A DNA stretch of 64,000 bases, taken from a virus. The notes under the pieces were generated by a model, which saw only the letters and a list, made by a program, of their open reading frames with translations, was not told the DNA's origin and searched no databases. The stretch's first letter is position 1. The number at the start of each line of letters is the position of its first letter. The stretch is taken from IMG/VR virus record IMGVR_UViG_3300009314_000709, positions 8,433-72,432 of that record. The stretch is one strand, 5' to 3'. Shown here piece after piece: positions 9,102 to 18,439 of this stretch. The translations under genes and the position numbers were made by a program.

Positions 9102-9593
9102 ATGGCGAATGAATACATTATTAACTCAAAGCTCGAAGAAACCATTGCTAGGTTTCAGCAAGCCAAGTTGAGACGGTCTGAAAGTCGAGAGTTTCAGCAG
9201 GAATACGATAAGTTACAGGAACAGCTAGCGTATTTCTTTTACGAGCTATCCGAGAACATCATCAAGGCTTTCAATTTCAAGCTGATCGATTATGACGACG
9301 CCCTCCAAGAGGGCGTTTTAATTGCTCTACAGAAAGTTGACAGGTTCGATCACAATTACATTGGCAAGAATGGTAAGAAGGCAAAAGCCTTCAACTACAT
9401 GACAACTTGTATCCTGAATCACTTTCGCCAACTCTATCGTGGCGCTAAAAACCATTACGAGCTACAACGCAAATACTATGACCACCTCATTGACAAGTTG
9501 GATTATGTAATGCGTGATTGGGGAACGAACGGACAGACTAGAGCGACGTACAAACAAGTTACGCAACGACGTGATGGTAACTTTAGAATGTGA
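9102..9593 (+). CDS. T4 gp55-like late-transcription sigma factor
   Basis: MANEYIINSKL...LSENIIKAFNF...DDALQEGVL...KVDRFD...KAFNYMTTCILNHFRQ follows the gp55 family pattern. Start moved to ATG 9102. Confidence 0.8.
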   Translation: MANEYIINSKLEETIARFQQAKLRRSESREFQQEYDKLQEQLAYFFYELSENIIKAFNFKLIDYDDALQEGVLIALQKVDRFDHNYIGKNGKKAKAFNYMTTCILNHFRQLYRGAKNHYELQRKYYDHLIDKLDYVMRDWGTNGQTRATYKQVTQRRDGNFRM

Positions 9594-9614
9594 TGCGCTA
9601 TTTGCGCTTTTTAG

Positions 9615-9929
9615 GTGGGTTTATCTAAAGATATGAAGTTCATCAGACGATACCATACATATCCGACACACGAACGTGAGAGGAGGAAGGTGACTGAGTT
9701 TATTCGTGAGCTAGAGATAAAAGAGCTAATAGATAAGCTAGTTCAGCATGGTCATGGGGATATTGTTAACGCCTTCTTGTTGAATGATACCAAATGCTAC
9801 ACAAAGAAGGGTCGCTTAAACAAGAGCGGTGCTTGCCGTGTCCTAGATTTCAAGCCCAAACAACTTGACGATACATTTGCCCTTATGCGCAAGTTGCTTG
9901 AGCCTGATTTATGCGAAGAAGAGAGTTAG
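9615..9929 (+). CDS. hypothetical protein, HTH-like (YTKKGRLNKSGACRVL)
   Basis: Follows the sigma gene; GAGGAGG RBS suggests a GTG start near 9690. Confidence 0.5.
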   Translation: MGLSKDMKFIRRYHTYPTHERERRKVTEFIRELEIKELIDKLVQHGHGDIVNAFLLNDTKCYTKKGRLNKSGACRVLDFKPKQLDDTFALMRKLLEPDLCEEES

Positions 9930-10490
9930 TTATTCTAGGTAAGCCCGATCATACCGCAAACTAATCTCCAAGAGAACTATCGACATGTCACCCATATCAA
10001 GGTCGCCGAAGTTGACCTCACGGGGGTAGCAGTTTTCAAACTTCCATTTTTCGGTGACTTTACCGCAGCCGTCGTACATGCACAAGACCGCATTTCGCTT
10101 AAAGAAGTCACCTCCATGTAAATTCGGGTCAAATACTGGTTTCCACTCTTCCCCTCCCTCCGGTTTGGGGTCGTAGGCTTGCTTCACCCACTCAAAGACT
10201 TTATTTTCGTTCGGACGAGTGTCATATAGTGTAAGTTGTAATGGCTTCCAATCTCCCATCACTGGATAGAAGATGTGTTGTACCAAATGCGAGACTTGCT
10301 GTTCTTTGAACTCCAATTGGGGACGAGCGGCTTTCAAAGGTGGCAAAGCATTGGAAACACCAGAAACGCCTTCGATTTGCAAGAGCCAACGGTTCTTAAC
10401 TTTCGGGAAGCAGGCACCCATGCCTTCTAACCCAAAATCCAAGCCCATATTGTCTCTATCGGTACATGTCGGATAGGTCGGTGGCGGCAT
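9930..10490 (-). CDS. tail tube protein paralogue 3 (T4 gp19-like)
   Basis: ARPQLEF, WKPLQLTLYD, MYDGCG.VTEKW.F..CYP..VNFGDLD, ISLRYDRA. Confidence 0.85.
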   Translation of the reverse strand: MPPPTYPTCTDRDNMGLDFGLEGMGACFPKVKNRWLLQIEGVSGVSNALPPLKAARPQLEFKEQQVSHLVQHIFYPVMGDWKPLQLTLYDTRPNENKVFEWVKQAYDPKPEGGEEWKPVFDPNLHGGDFFKRNAVLCMYDGCGKVTEKWKFENCYPREVNFGDLDMGDMSIVLLEISLRYDRAYLE

Positions 10491-11075
10491 CTACAAACAT
10501 CCTTCGCAGCATGGTGAGGGATCGACTCCACCGCATCCTACGATGTACTTAACTTGTGAGTATCGTAAAGTCATTTCGATATCGGCGATATTGGAAGAGC
10601 TATAATCTAGGTCGTTAAAGTTAACAGCCTGTGGCCAGGCATCTAGTAAGGTCCAGATTTCCATCACCGTGCCGCAGCCATCATACATGGTGAGCGTGGC
10701 TTTGCCGCTGAACCCTGTTCTTTTAGATGACATCTTCTTCGATGTCGGTTCGTTGAAATCATACACGGCAAGCAGCCACGAGAGAACCTGGACTCCATTA
10801 CCTTTGTTGGAGTCCAGGAACGTCACGGTAACTGGTTCCCAGGTTGCCTTGCCGGGTATCCACGTTCTGTCGTTTAGGAAGTTTATCTCGATCTCTTCAA
10901 ACGAGATACTAGGACGTGCTGCGACCTTGACAAAGTGTGGGTCAATTCGGAAGGAACAGTCATAGCCCTCTACCTCAAACGTCCACCTGAATTTAGTCTT
11001 GAAGACAGTTTGAGGATCACCTATACCGACAGAGCCGATACCCATGCCTTGAGAAGCGGGGTTAAAGCCTGCCAT
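10491..11075 (-). CDS. tail tube protein paralogue 2 (T4 gp19-like)
   Basis: FRWTFEV, VKVAARP, IPGKATWEPVTVT, DAWPQAVNFNDLDYSS, MTLRYSQV. Start moved to MAGFNP. Confidence 0.88.
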   Translation of the reverse strand: MAGFNPASQGMGIGSVGIGDPQTVFKTKFRWTFEVEGYDCSFRIDPHFVKVAARPSISFEEIEINFLNDRTWIPGKATWEPVTVTFLDSNKGNGVQVLSWLLAVYDFNEPTSKKMSSKRTGFSGKATLTMYDGCGTVMEIWTLLDAWPQAVNFNDLDYSSSNIADIEMTLRYSQVKYIVGCGGVDPSPCCEGCL

Positions 11076-11232
11076 GTACGTCCTCAACAGTGTGTAATCG
11101 ACATCTACGTACTCTCGTCTTAGATCAATCCATCGTTTCCAGTTGTTGACTTCTTTCACCAGGTACGTACATTTCCGCTTATACTACGCAGCTAAAACTA
11201 AGCTGCTCGTTTCCACTTTGGCTCGATTCCTA

Positions 11233-11865
11233 CTACGTGCAAGGGAAACAGCACGGGGTGTATTCCCATTTCGGACAGTAGTGCTCGAAGTGTACCTGCG
11301 AGTACCTAAGCGTTAGCTCAATGTCGACGGTGTCGGATGAACTGTAGTCTAGGTCGCCAAAGTTAATGGCTTGCGGCCACGCATCCTCGAATACCCATAC
11401 TTCTAGCAATTCACCACAACCATCCCATAACTTCAAAGTGGCTTCACCAGCGTAGTTAATACGCTTACTGTTCATGTACTTGCGGGTTGGCCTTGTGAAG
11501 TCAAAGACATTGGTGAGCCAGTCATACAAACCTAGGTTGCCACCAGCGGCGTCACCTGATAGATGTCCTGCGACATCCATATACGTGACCGTGATGGCTT
11601 CCCAGCTTGCTTTTCCTGGAATCCATGTCTTATCATTGAGGAAGTTAATTTCTGTTTCCTCGAATGACAGGTTAGGTCGGGCCGCTACTTTAACAAAGTA
11701 AGGCGGGACACTAAATTGACAATCACCTGTGCCCAAAATCTCTAGCGTCCAACGGAACTTCCGTTTGTAAACTACTTGGGGATCACCAACACCAACTGGT
11801 CCGATGCCCATACCTTGCGAGTTGGGATCAAAACCTGAGTAACCAGACATAGTTGGCATAATCAA
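11233..11865 (-). CDS. tail tube protein paralogue 1 (T4 gp19-like)
   Basis: RKFRWTLEI, IPGKASWEAITVT, DAWPQAINFGDLDYSS, LTLRYSQV; directly downstream of the sheath. Confidence 0.9.
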   Translation of the reverse strand: MIMPTMSGYSGFDPNSQGMGIGPVGVGDPQVVYKRKFRWTLEILGTGDCQFSVPPYFVKVAARPNLSFEETEINFLNDKTWIPGKASWEAITVTYMDVAGHLSGDAAGGNLGLYDWLTNVFDFTRPTRKYMNSKRINYAGEATLKLWDGCGELLEVWVFEDAWPQAINFGDLDYSSSDTVDIELTLRYSQVHFEHYCPKWEYTPCCFPCT

Positions 11866-11895
11866 TCTCTCCTATCGGTTATGTTTAGTTGGTCG

Positions 11896-14229
11896 TTAAA
11901 AAGTATCAGCGTTTTCGCTGAACGAACCAGTGCGGTGAATCGAGAAGTCGATAAAGATGAATTCGACTGCTCGGGTTGGTTGAACACCAATTCTCGCCCG
12001 CAACTCGTTCCTATCGATTACATCGGGCGGATTCAACTCTTCATCACATTGGACTCGATAATCCGTGAGTCCTCTCTTGCCCTTGACTTCTTCCAAAACC
12101 AGTTCAGCCATGTCGACGAACTGTTGTCGCAAGATATCATCGTGGGGCTCGAAGAGGAGCAAACGACTTCGGCGAGCGATCTGTTTCTCAATGTAGATCA
12201 TCATACGACGCACATTGACACGATCCAAAGCGGTCGGTCGTCGTTGTAGCGTCTTCTGGCCGAAGACCACGAAATCCTGAATGTCACTGAATTGCACAAT
12301 TGGGTTAACAGCGTTCCTGTTTCCATACATCTGGTCTCGTTCTTCGAGGCTAGGTCGTGAAAACACATCTGAGATGTTAGGAACGATACCACGGGTTAAA
12401 CCAGCGGGAGCAAACCACGGGGCTGATAGGTCATCAGATCGTGCATAGACAGCTAGAACCGAACCAGACGGTGGAACCCACACATCAATTCGGTTGGTTG
12501 TGTCACGGTATCTCAACCACGGCCAATACATCGCACCAAAGTCATTATCGAATCGGGTCAGGTTGAGTGGGTGCACACCGTTCTGCCAGTCCACAATCTC
12601 ATTGACCGTGAGCCCAAACGGTGGGTCGACGATAGTGAAGCAATCCATTCGCACGTCCCGGCACATTCGCAACTGTTCTACAATGACATCAGTTGACGCA
12701 TGGCCTGGGCAGCAGAGAATATCAATATCGACTTGCTCTGGGTCGGACAAAGACCACATACCAGTCATACCCAGTTCGTTTCCGATAATTAGCGCATCCT
12801 GTTCTTCGGGATCAGAAGGGATGCCGTCGCTGCCACCAGAAAGATCATAGGTGCCAGCTACCGGGCTTGCTGGGTTAGCTGTGTTGTCCGTTACACGAAT
12901 GAAGTCACTCACGAGTGACATGTACGATTCAACATAGAATCGGCTTGTATCATCCTTAGTCAGGCCACCCCATGCTTCAACTTCAGCACCATTGCTAAAG
13001 ATATTGAATTGGAATGTGCCATCTAGCGAGTTGTTTTCAATAACAACTTGCGTTTCATTGCCTTCAATGCCAGGCGAGTCAGCGTCGAGGGTGAAGCTAA
13101 TACCACCCGAACCTTCGGCCAAACCATTAGCTCGACCGACAGTATGAATGTCAGCATCACCAGTGGCTCCGATTGGGCTAACGCCTTCGGCGGTAATGTT
13201 AGCCAAACCAAAAATGGTATCGGCTGTGCTGGCTACCTTGACAAGCAGCTTAGAATCACGTCCAAAAGTGTCTGTCGTCAAAACCAAGTTCCCAGCACCT
13301 GTTGCCGAGGCAGTAAAGCCTTGGGCCTGGGAGTTGATTTCAAGTACGATGTCGGCAATAGCGGCATCCGTGTCTTCCAAGTCAGCGAGGTCGATGACTT
13401 GAACAATATCGTCAATCAATACGTTGTCCGTACCTTCCATGACGACTTGCAAGTTCAAATCAGCCAAGCCAGTGAAGTCATACTGCCCATCCGTCTGATA
13501 TGCAGTATTTGGATATTTGGTCGCCGTTCCGGTGACTGACGCCTGCTCCATTCCTGTACCAAGGCCGCTCACATTGCCACCGGCAACGGAGTCACCGTAC
13601 ATAGAACCAGAGACAGAAACCATTTCGAGTTCGGCGTCTGGACCATAAGCCCATGTTGTCCGCACGGCGATCTTGTCCCCGGTAGAGTTGTAGAACTCAA
13701 TTCCGTCAATGTCGGAGTCAAGCTGGTCATTCAACTCTGTTACGAGTTCGTCAGTTGTGTAAGTATCCGCCAGGACAACCAAGGTCTTGCTCGAAAGCCT
13801 TGTGTTAAGTCTCCATCGGAAGAATGCACTATCGGAAAACGTATAGGGTCCAGCCGTATCCGACTCGATCTGTACAGTCGAGCCAGACGCAGAAACGTCC
13901 ACACTCGCCGTTTGTGCTTGCTCGTCACTTACCGGGCTTTCGTCAGCTACACGCACAACGTACAGTTCGTTTGCCACAAGCAGATACTGCTCGCAAGCAT
14001 AGATGAGGTACGGGTCGCTCTCATCAGGATGAGGATACCCAAACGTGCGGTGTAGTTCTCGTCTTGTTTGAATTAGCGTTGGTAAATTGATCGGGCCTTT
14101 ACTGGCGAAGCCAACAAGTCCTGCCCGGTGTGGACTTGGGTTCGGCAGAATCAGACTCAAATCAGTTTCCTTGATCCGAACACTAGGGCTAATTGTATTG
14201 CTCGGTGGAAATCCCCTTAGAAGCGGCAT
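11896..14229 (-). CDS. tail sheath protein (T4 gp18-like)
   Basis: SPSVRIKETD, GFASKGP, PWFAPAGLTRG, VFGQKTLQ, ALDRVNVRR, FEPHD, QPTRAVEFI. Confidence 0.97.
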   Translation of the reverse strand: MPLLRGFPPSNTISPSVRIKETDLSLILPNPSPHRAGLVGFASKGPINLPTLIQTRRELHRTFGYPHPDESDPYLIYACEQYLLVANELYVVRVADESPVSDEQAQTASVDVSASGSTVQIESDTAGPYTFSDSAFFRWRLNTRLSSKTLVVLADTYTTDELVTELNDQLDSDIDGIEFYNSTGDKIAVRTTWAYGPDAELEMVSVSGSMYGDSVAGGNVSGLGTGMEQASVTGTATKYPNTAYQTDGQYDFTGLADLNLQVVMEGTDNVLIDDIVQVIDLADLEDTDAAIADIVLEINSQAQGFTASATGAGNLVLTTDTFGRDSKLLVKVASTADTIFGLANITAEGVSPIGATGDADIHTVGRANGLAEGSGGISFTLDADSPGIEGNETQVVIENNSLDGTFQFNIFSNGAEVEAWGGLTKDDTSRFYVESYMSLVSDFIRVTDNTANPASPVAGTYDLSGGSDGIPSDPEEQDALIIGNELGMTGMWSLSDPEQVDIDILCCPGHASTDVIVEQLRMCRDVRMDCFTIVDPPFGLTVNEIVDWQNGVHPLNLTRFDNDFGAMYWPWLRYRDTTNRIDVWVPPSGSVLAVYARSDDLSAPWFAPAGLTRGIVPNISDVFSRPSLEERDQMYGNRNAVNPIVQFSDIQDFVVFGQKTLQRRPTALDRVNVRRMMIYIEKQIARRSRLLLFEPHDDILRQQFVDMAELVLEEVKGKRGLTDYRVQCDEELNPPDVIDRNELRARIGVQPTRAVEFIFIDFSIHRTGSFSENADTF

Positions 14230-14230
14230 G

Positions 14231-14464
14231 TTATCTCTCCTTCTTGTGGGCTTCTTCGTTACTCTGTATTTGTCTGGTCGTTAATAGTCCCCATTTGACA
14301 TTTCGGTCTAAATACTCACTCACTACTCGCTCGTCTTCGAGTAGAACCGTCTTACGTCCTGGGATATTAAGAACTGTCATGGCCTTAGCGTGTTCTCGCC
14401 TGTCGGAAAACGACCTAACTACCAATTGCACTGGGCCAGGCGTTTTGTTTCGGACTTCAATCAT
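14231..14464 (-). CDS. small tail-associated hypothetical protein
   Basis: Between the gp15-like gene and the sheath. Confidence 0.6.
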   Translation of the reverse strand: MIEVRNKTPGPVQLVVRSFSDRREHAKAMTVLNIPGRKTVLLEDERVVSEYLDRNVKWGLLTTRQIQSNEEAHKKER

Positions 14465-15504
14465 ATATCCTCTCCTACAGCTTCTTCTATTCTTGCTATA
14501 ACGTTTGCCACGTCTTGGTCAGTAATACTGTCCAAAATCTCAGTTCTTGTCTTTAGTACGGCCTTTCGCCTCACTATTGGCTGAGGTATATATGACTCAG
14601 CCGTTAAGTTAATTTGGAACTTAAACACACGTTTGTTCGTGTCCCCAGGTTCTGTATCTACGTTATTACTAACCGAGTCGATCCTAACCGTACTTTCCCA
14701 GTTGGTAACACCATGTATCCTTATATACGCAAGTGGACTAAATTTCGTAGCGATCTGTTCTAGTATTTGATTCATATCTTCCCAGAACATTGTCCAGATA
14801 GTTAACGTATATCCTAGATCAACAGGAATCCCTCGTGTCATACCAAGCACTGTGTCGTGCTCGTGTTTCCATTCCCTGTGTGTCCAACTAGGCGACCCGC
14901 CAATCATGCCAACAGGATGACCTTGATCGTTGTATCGTTGAACGCCACGTTTGTAATCAACTGCCTTGTGATAGATGTATCGCTCACGAGGAAAACTGTA
15001 ATCAGAAGTGTAGATGGACATCATCGGTAGGATGATGCGATCTGCTACCCCGGTGTTATCCTTTCGCACATTGGTTTGAAGAATGACTGCAACGGCCCGC
15101 TCTTGAGAACCCCACACAATTGGGACACGGAACACCTTGCCTCGCTCGTCTGCTACATTGACGTTTTGGAAGAGCTTCCAAACCGATTCATCAATAGCAC
15201 GATATCCCTTCGAGTATCTGTAGATCACAGATCGATCTGGTGGCAACTTCGGAGCATCTACCTCCTCGAATATTGTGCCTCTTAACATCGGATCACAATA
15301 ATTCGGTTCGCCTAATCCTTCCTGGAGAGCCATCAAATCAGCATCAAGACCTTCAAATGAAGCGTTCGGAGCATGATGAAGATTCTCAAGTCCTTCACAC
15401 GACCTAAACTGCGCAACATCTTCACAGTTCTGTGCATGTGGCTCTTTCACATTTCGATCTGACTGACGAGGTTCAGCACATTCGTTCAGTGATTTCTCAG
15501 GCAT
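14461..15504 (-). CDS. tail sheath stabilizer/completion protein (T4 gp15-like)
   Basis: VPIVWGSQER, ILPMMSI, PVDLGYTLTIWT...DMNQILEQI..KFSP. Confidence 0.85.
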   Translation of the reverse strand: MPEKSLNECAEPRQSDRNVKEPHAQNCEDVAQFRSCEGLENLHHAPNASFEGLDADLMALQEGLGEPNYCDPMLRGTIFEEVDAPKLPPDRSVIYRYSKGYRAIDESVWKLFQNVNVADERGKVFRVPIVWGSQERAVAVILQTNVRKDNTGVADRIILPMMSIYTSDYSFPRERYIYHKAVDYKRGVQRYNDQGHPVGMIGGSPSWTHREWKHEHDTVLGMTRGIPVDLGYTLTIWTMFWEDMNQILEQIATKFSPLAYIRIHGVTNWESTVRIDSVSNNVDTEPGDTNKRVFKFQINLTAESYIPQPIVRRKAVLKTRTEILDSITDQDVANVIARIEEAVGEDI

Positions 15505-15523
15505 TTTTCTCCTTTACAGAAGG

Positions 15524-15530
15524 TATTTAT
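15524..15530 (-). promoter_or_regulatory. putative late promoter ATAAATA
   Basis: 20 nt upstream of the gp15-like start; T4-like late promoter core. Confidence 0.5.
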
Positions 15531-15578
15531 CGCCCCAACATTAAAACTCAATGTTATTAACATCATTGGAGATATGGC

Positions 15579-16268
15579 ATGATCCTAGAACACGACGGTG
15601 AGATCGTAAAAGACCTAAGATTTGACGAAACGCTCTGCAACGTGAGCAATGATCCTCAAGCGTGGCAATTCAAAGAGGTTTACGATGCTGCCACACTTGG
15701 GTTCGAGATTGTCTGGCCTTATGACGATTGGATAGTGACTAAGAACTCACTTAAATTTTCGCCCGAGGTAAACTGTCAAGTAATGTCTGACAAGTTGTTC
15801 GCTATACGCTTTCCTTCACACGTACGTGTGAAGGAAAGCTACAACCTAATGATCTTTCCACACCACACTTGTTTCTTTGCAATGAGTTCCTGGGGAACAC
15901 ACGACACACCAATCGCCATCCCACAAATAATAGAAGCCGACTGGTGGCCGGGGCATCTACAGGTTGTCTTTGTGAGGCGAAAGGCGAAGTTCGAGAAGGG
16001 AAGACCTATTGCGCAGGGTTTGGTCATTCCTAGGCGAGACATATCATTGAAGGAGATGGATAAAGACCGGAAGGAGCAACTAAAGGCTTCTTGGGAATTC
16101 ATTCAACATCACAAGGACGAACTCATTACACGTAAAGTTGAGATTGATAACTTCGCCACACAAGACAACCTTTACGCTAGGCTTTCGCAACTGAACAGTT
16201 CTGGTTTATTGCCTCCTCAAATCAAAGAGCGAAAAAACGAACCTAGCTTGAGGTTGTCATGGAAGTAG
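15579..16268 (+). CDS. DUF6065-like protein
   Basis: DAATLGFEI, IIEADWWP, FEKGRPIAQ..VIPR. Confidence 0.55.
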   Translation: MILEHDGEIVKDLRFDETLCNVSNDPQAWQFKEVYDAATLGFEIVWPYDDWIVTKNSLKFSPEVNCQVMSDKLFAIRFPSHVRVKESYNLMIFPHHTCFFAMSSWGTHDTPIAIPQIIEADWWPGHLQVVFVRRKAKFEKGRPIAQGLVIPRRDISLKEMDKDRKEQLKASWEFIQHHKDELITRKVEIDNFATQDNLYARLSQLNSSGLLPPQIKERKNEPSLRLSWK

Positions 16269-16448
16269 GACTAGGGCTTCACAGATTCCCTCAGTTGCGT
16301 CCTCCCACTATTAACGGCCAACACATTCCGCCGAATTACAGAGTAAGTACGCACATTGTAGAACGGTTCCCGATATTAAGATTGACGCCACGTTGCTTCT
16401 TTAGTGATCTCCATCCTATCCCAAGGATCAGGTATAGAGACAATAGAA

Positions 16449-16988
16449 TCAGTCAATATCGAACGACGGGCTAGGATCGGTGTCGTGCGTCACTCGGCCT
16501 TCCCCGGTTGTCAACGACTCTTGGAATCGTTGACAATGAATTTCGATGCGGTACACCTTCCATCTGTGGAAGTCACCAAGTTTACGATCAATGATCTCCC
16601 AATGCTCCTTCAGGTGCGGAGTGAAAATACGAGAGCCAATGATTGGAAGATGGTCTAGCTTGTCGATGGTATCCTGGTAGTTTGTACTGAACACCATAGT
16701 GTCCGGTCCATCAATACCAAACAAGCCTTGCTCGAACTGGCTTGGGATTGGGTCATATACGCCCCAAATTTCGACGGGGTGTTGTGACCAGAGCTTATCT
16801 CTGCTCTCAAGGTACAACTTGTCAATGTTAGTGATGAATACTTCATAGTACAACAAAGGCGTTCCTCCTGCACGAATTGCTTCTTGGTCCCAAAGATTGA
16901 ACAAGTCGTGCGAAGGACTGTCTGGGATTAACTGACTCAATTCACCAGTGAGTTTATAGACTGTGCCGTCTTTGTTATACAGTGCCAT
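16449..16988 (-). CDS. neck/head-closure protein (T4 gp14-like)
   Basis: QEAIRAGG..LLYY...DKLYLE...FGIDGPD...PIIGSRI. Confidence 0.75.
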   Translation of the reverse strand: MALYNKDGTVYKLTGELSQLIPDSPSHDLFNLWDQEAIRAGGTPLLYYEVFITNIDKLYLESRDKLWSQHPVEIWGVYDPIPSQFEQGLFGIDGPDTMVFSTNYQDTIDKLDHLPIIGSRIFTPHLKEHWEIIDRKLGDFHRWKVYRIEIHCQRFQESLTTGEGRVTHDTDPSPSFDID

Positions 16989-16990
16989 GA

Positions 16991-17395
16991 TTACGCCAAC
17001 TCAATACCTGGAGTGATAGCGATCTGTCCTCCACCACTTGGTAGCAAGAATGGGGCGGCGTCAAAACGTTCAGACCACAACAGGTTTGTGCTCGCATTGT
17101 CAGTGACATAATAACCATACACATCTGCGGTACCCGCAAAACTGAATACCTGTTGGGCGTACGAAGCTGTAGTCGTACCTGCTGCCGTAGCCACGGTCCA
17201 CGATGCGCCGGTTAGTGTGGCAGCGGTGTAAGATGAATCGGCCGCTTCGTCGCCGCTGTAATCGCCAATAATGTCATCCTCAGCAGGCGTAATGTCCGAA
17301 ACGAATAAATGCATTTTCACGTCTGTAGGCGCTGTGTGGTTAAGCATGTACTTCAGTAACAGCACTTCGCCAACATCTGGGCAAACAATTGTCAT
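16991..17395 (-). CDS. virion structural protein (beta-rich, Ala/Thr-rich)
   Basis: LFVSDITP..., YAQQVFSF...VYGYYV...LLWSERF pattern; CTAGATA at 17436-17442 upstream. Confidence 0.6.
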   Translation of the reverse strand: MTIVCPDVGEVLLLKYMLNHTAPTDVKMHLFVSDITPAEDDIIGDYSGDEAADSSYTAATLTGASWTVATAAGTTTASYAQQVFSFAGTADVYGYYVTDNASTNLLWSERFDAAPFLLPSGGGQIAITPGIELA

Positions 17396-17470
17396 TCTCT
17401 GACAACCTTTCTTATTTGGTAGTTTCTAGTCTATCTATCTAGGTATGAAGTGTTTTTGAAAGGTCGGTAA

Positions 17471-18130
17471 ATGCCACTACGAAGAAAAGACGGTAGCCTT
17501 TATCGTTTACGAGGGCCAAACAAGCTCTTGTTGCAACAAAACTTCTGGCACGATGATGAACCTATTCGGGTTCTCAACTTCAATCAGCTTGCGAAAGCGA
17601 TCATTGATATCGATGCGCCGAAAAGGATTCCTGTTAAAAAAGAGGAAGCCCCAACAACGAAAGAAGGGATCGACCGTATTATTGATTCAATAGACGAAAT
17701 ATCGAGTGTCGTGTTGGAAGAACCGGAGATAAAGCCACCGAAACCGAAACCGAAACCAGAGCCAAAAAAAGAACCAGAGGCGGCAACCAACGAACCCATT
17801 GTTCCGAGCAGCTTCCGTCAGTTAGATCGTCAATTATTGTACTGCCTGCCAGCAAAAGTAACGAAGTATAAAGATGAACTGTACGGAGACGAAATAGTCA
17901 GATTAGAATACGAAGACCCATTCCGGTTCCAAGGCACGATTGCATCTTCTTCTGACACCAACATAGTCTATTGGACAACTGTTCCGCATGTAACCGAACG
18001 ATCCATTATCTACCATTCTTCTCGGTATCGATGGTGGAAAGTTGATAAGGTCTTGCCTGATCCTATGGGAGATGGAACTGTTTTGCGGTGCATTCCATCT
18101 GATTTGAAACCCGATTTCAGCCACTCTTAG
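17471..18130 (+). CDS. divergent neck/head-closure-like protein
   Basis: N-terminus MPLRRKDGSLYRLRG resembles the gp14-like MALYNKDGTVYKLTG; also contains DELYGDE. Confidence 0.5.
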   Translation: MPLRRKDGSLYRLRGPNKLLLQQNFWHDDEPIRVLNFNQLAKAIIDIDAPKRIPVKKEEAPTTKEGIDRIIDSIDEISSVVLEEPEIKPPKPKPKPEPKKEPEAATNEPIVPSSFRQLDRQLLYCLPAKVTKYKDELYGDEIVRLEYEDPFRFQGTIASSSDTNIVYWTTVPHVTERSIIYHSSRYRWWKVDKVLPDPMGDGTVLRCIPSDLKPDFSHS

Positions 18131-18393
18131 TTCAAAGAAGGTGGAGAAATCTTCACATTCATACCACGGTTGTGCATAACCTCGTTAACGCCATCAATAG
18201 CCTTCTGATAACCAGCGCCGTATACTTTGCCCAGTAGATTTATCACGTTCTTAGCATCGGTTTCAGTGACAAGACTATGCGCAATACGATCTGCAATTTC
18301 ATCCAAGTCTGTTGTGTATGCACCCGCACCGACCATTTCAAAGAGGTACTTCTTAATTGCTCTGCCGTAAGGATTCAGATGTGGTAGTTGCAT
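18127..18393 (-). CDS. hypothetical protein
   Basis: 88-aa ORF. Confidence 0.55.
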   Translation of the reverse strand: MQLPHLNPYGRAIKKYLFEMVGAGAYTTDLDEIADRIAHSLVTETDAKNVINLLGKVYGAGYQKAIDGVNEVMHNRGMNVKISPPSLN

Positions 18394-18439
18394 AGTTCAC
18401 CTACGCATAATGTAGTTTGCGTTCCTATATATCTGTGCT

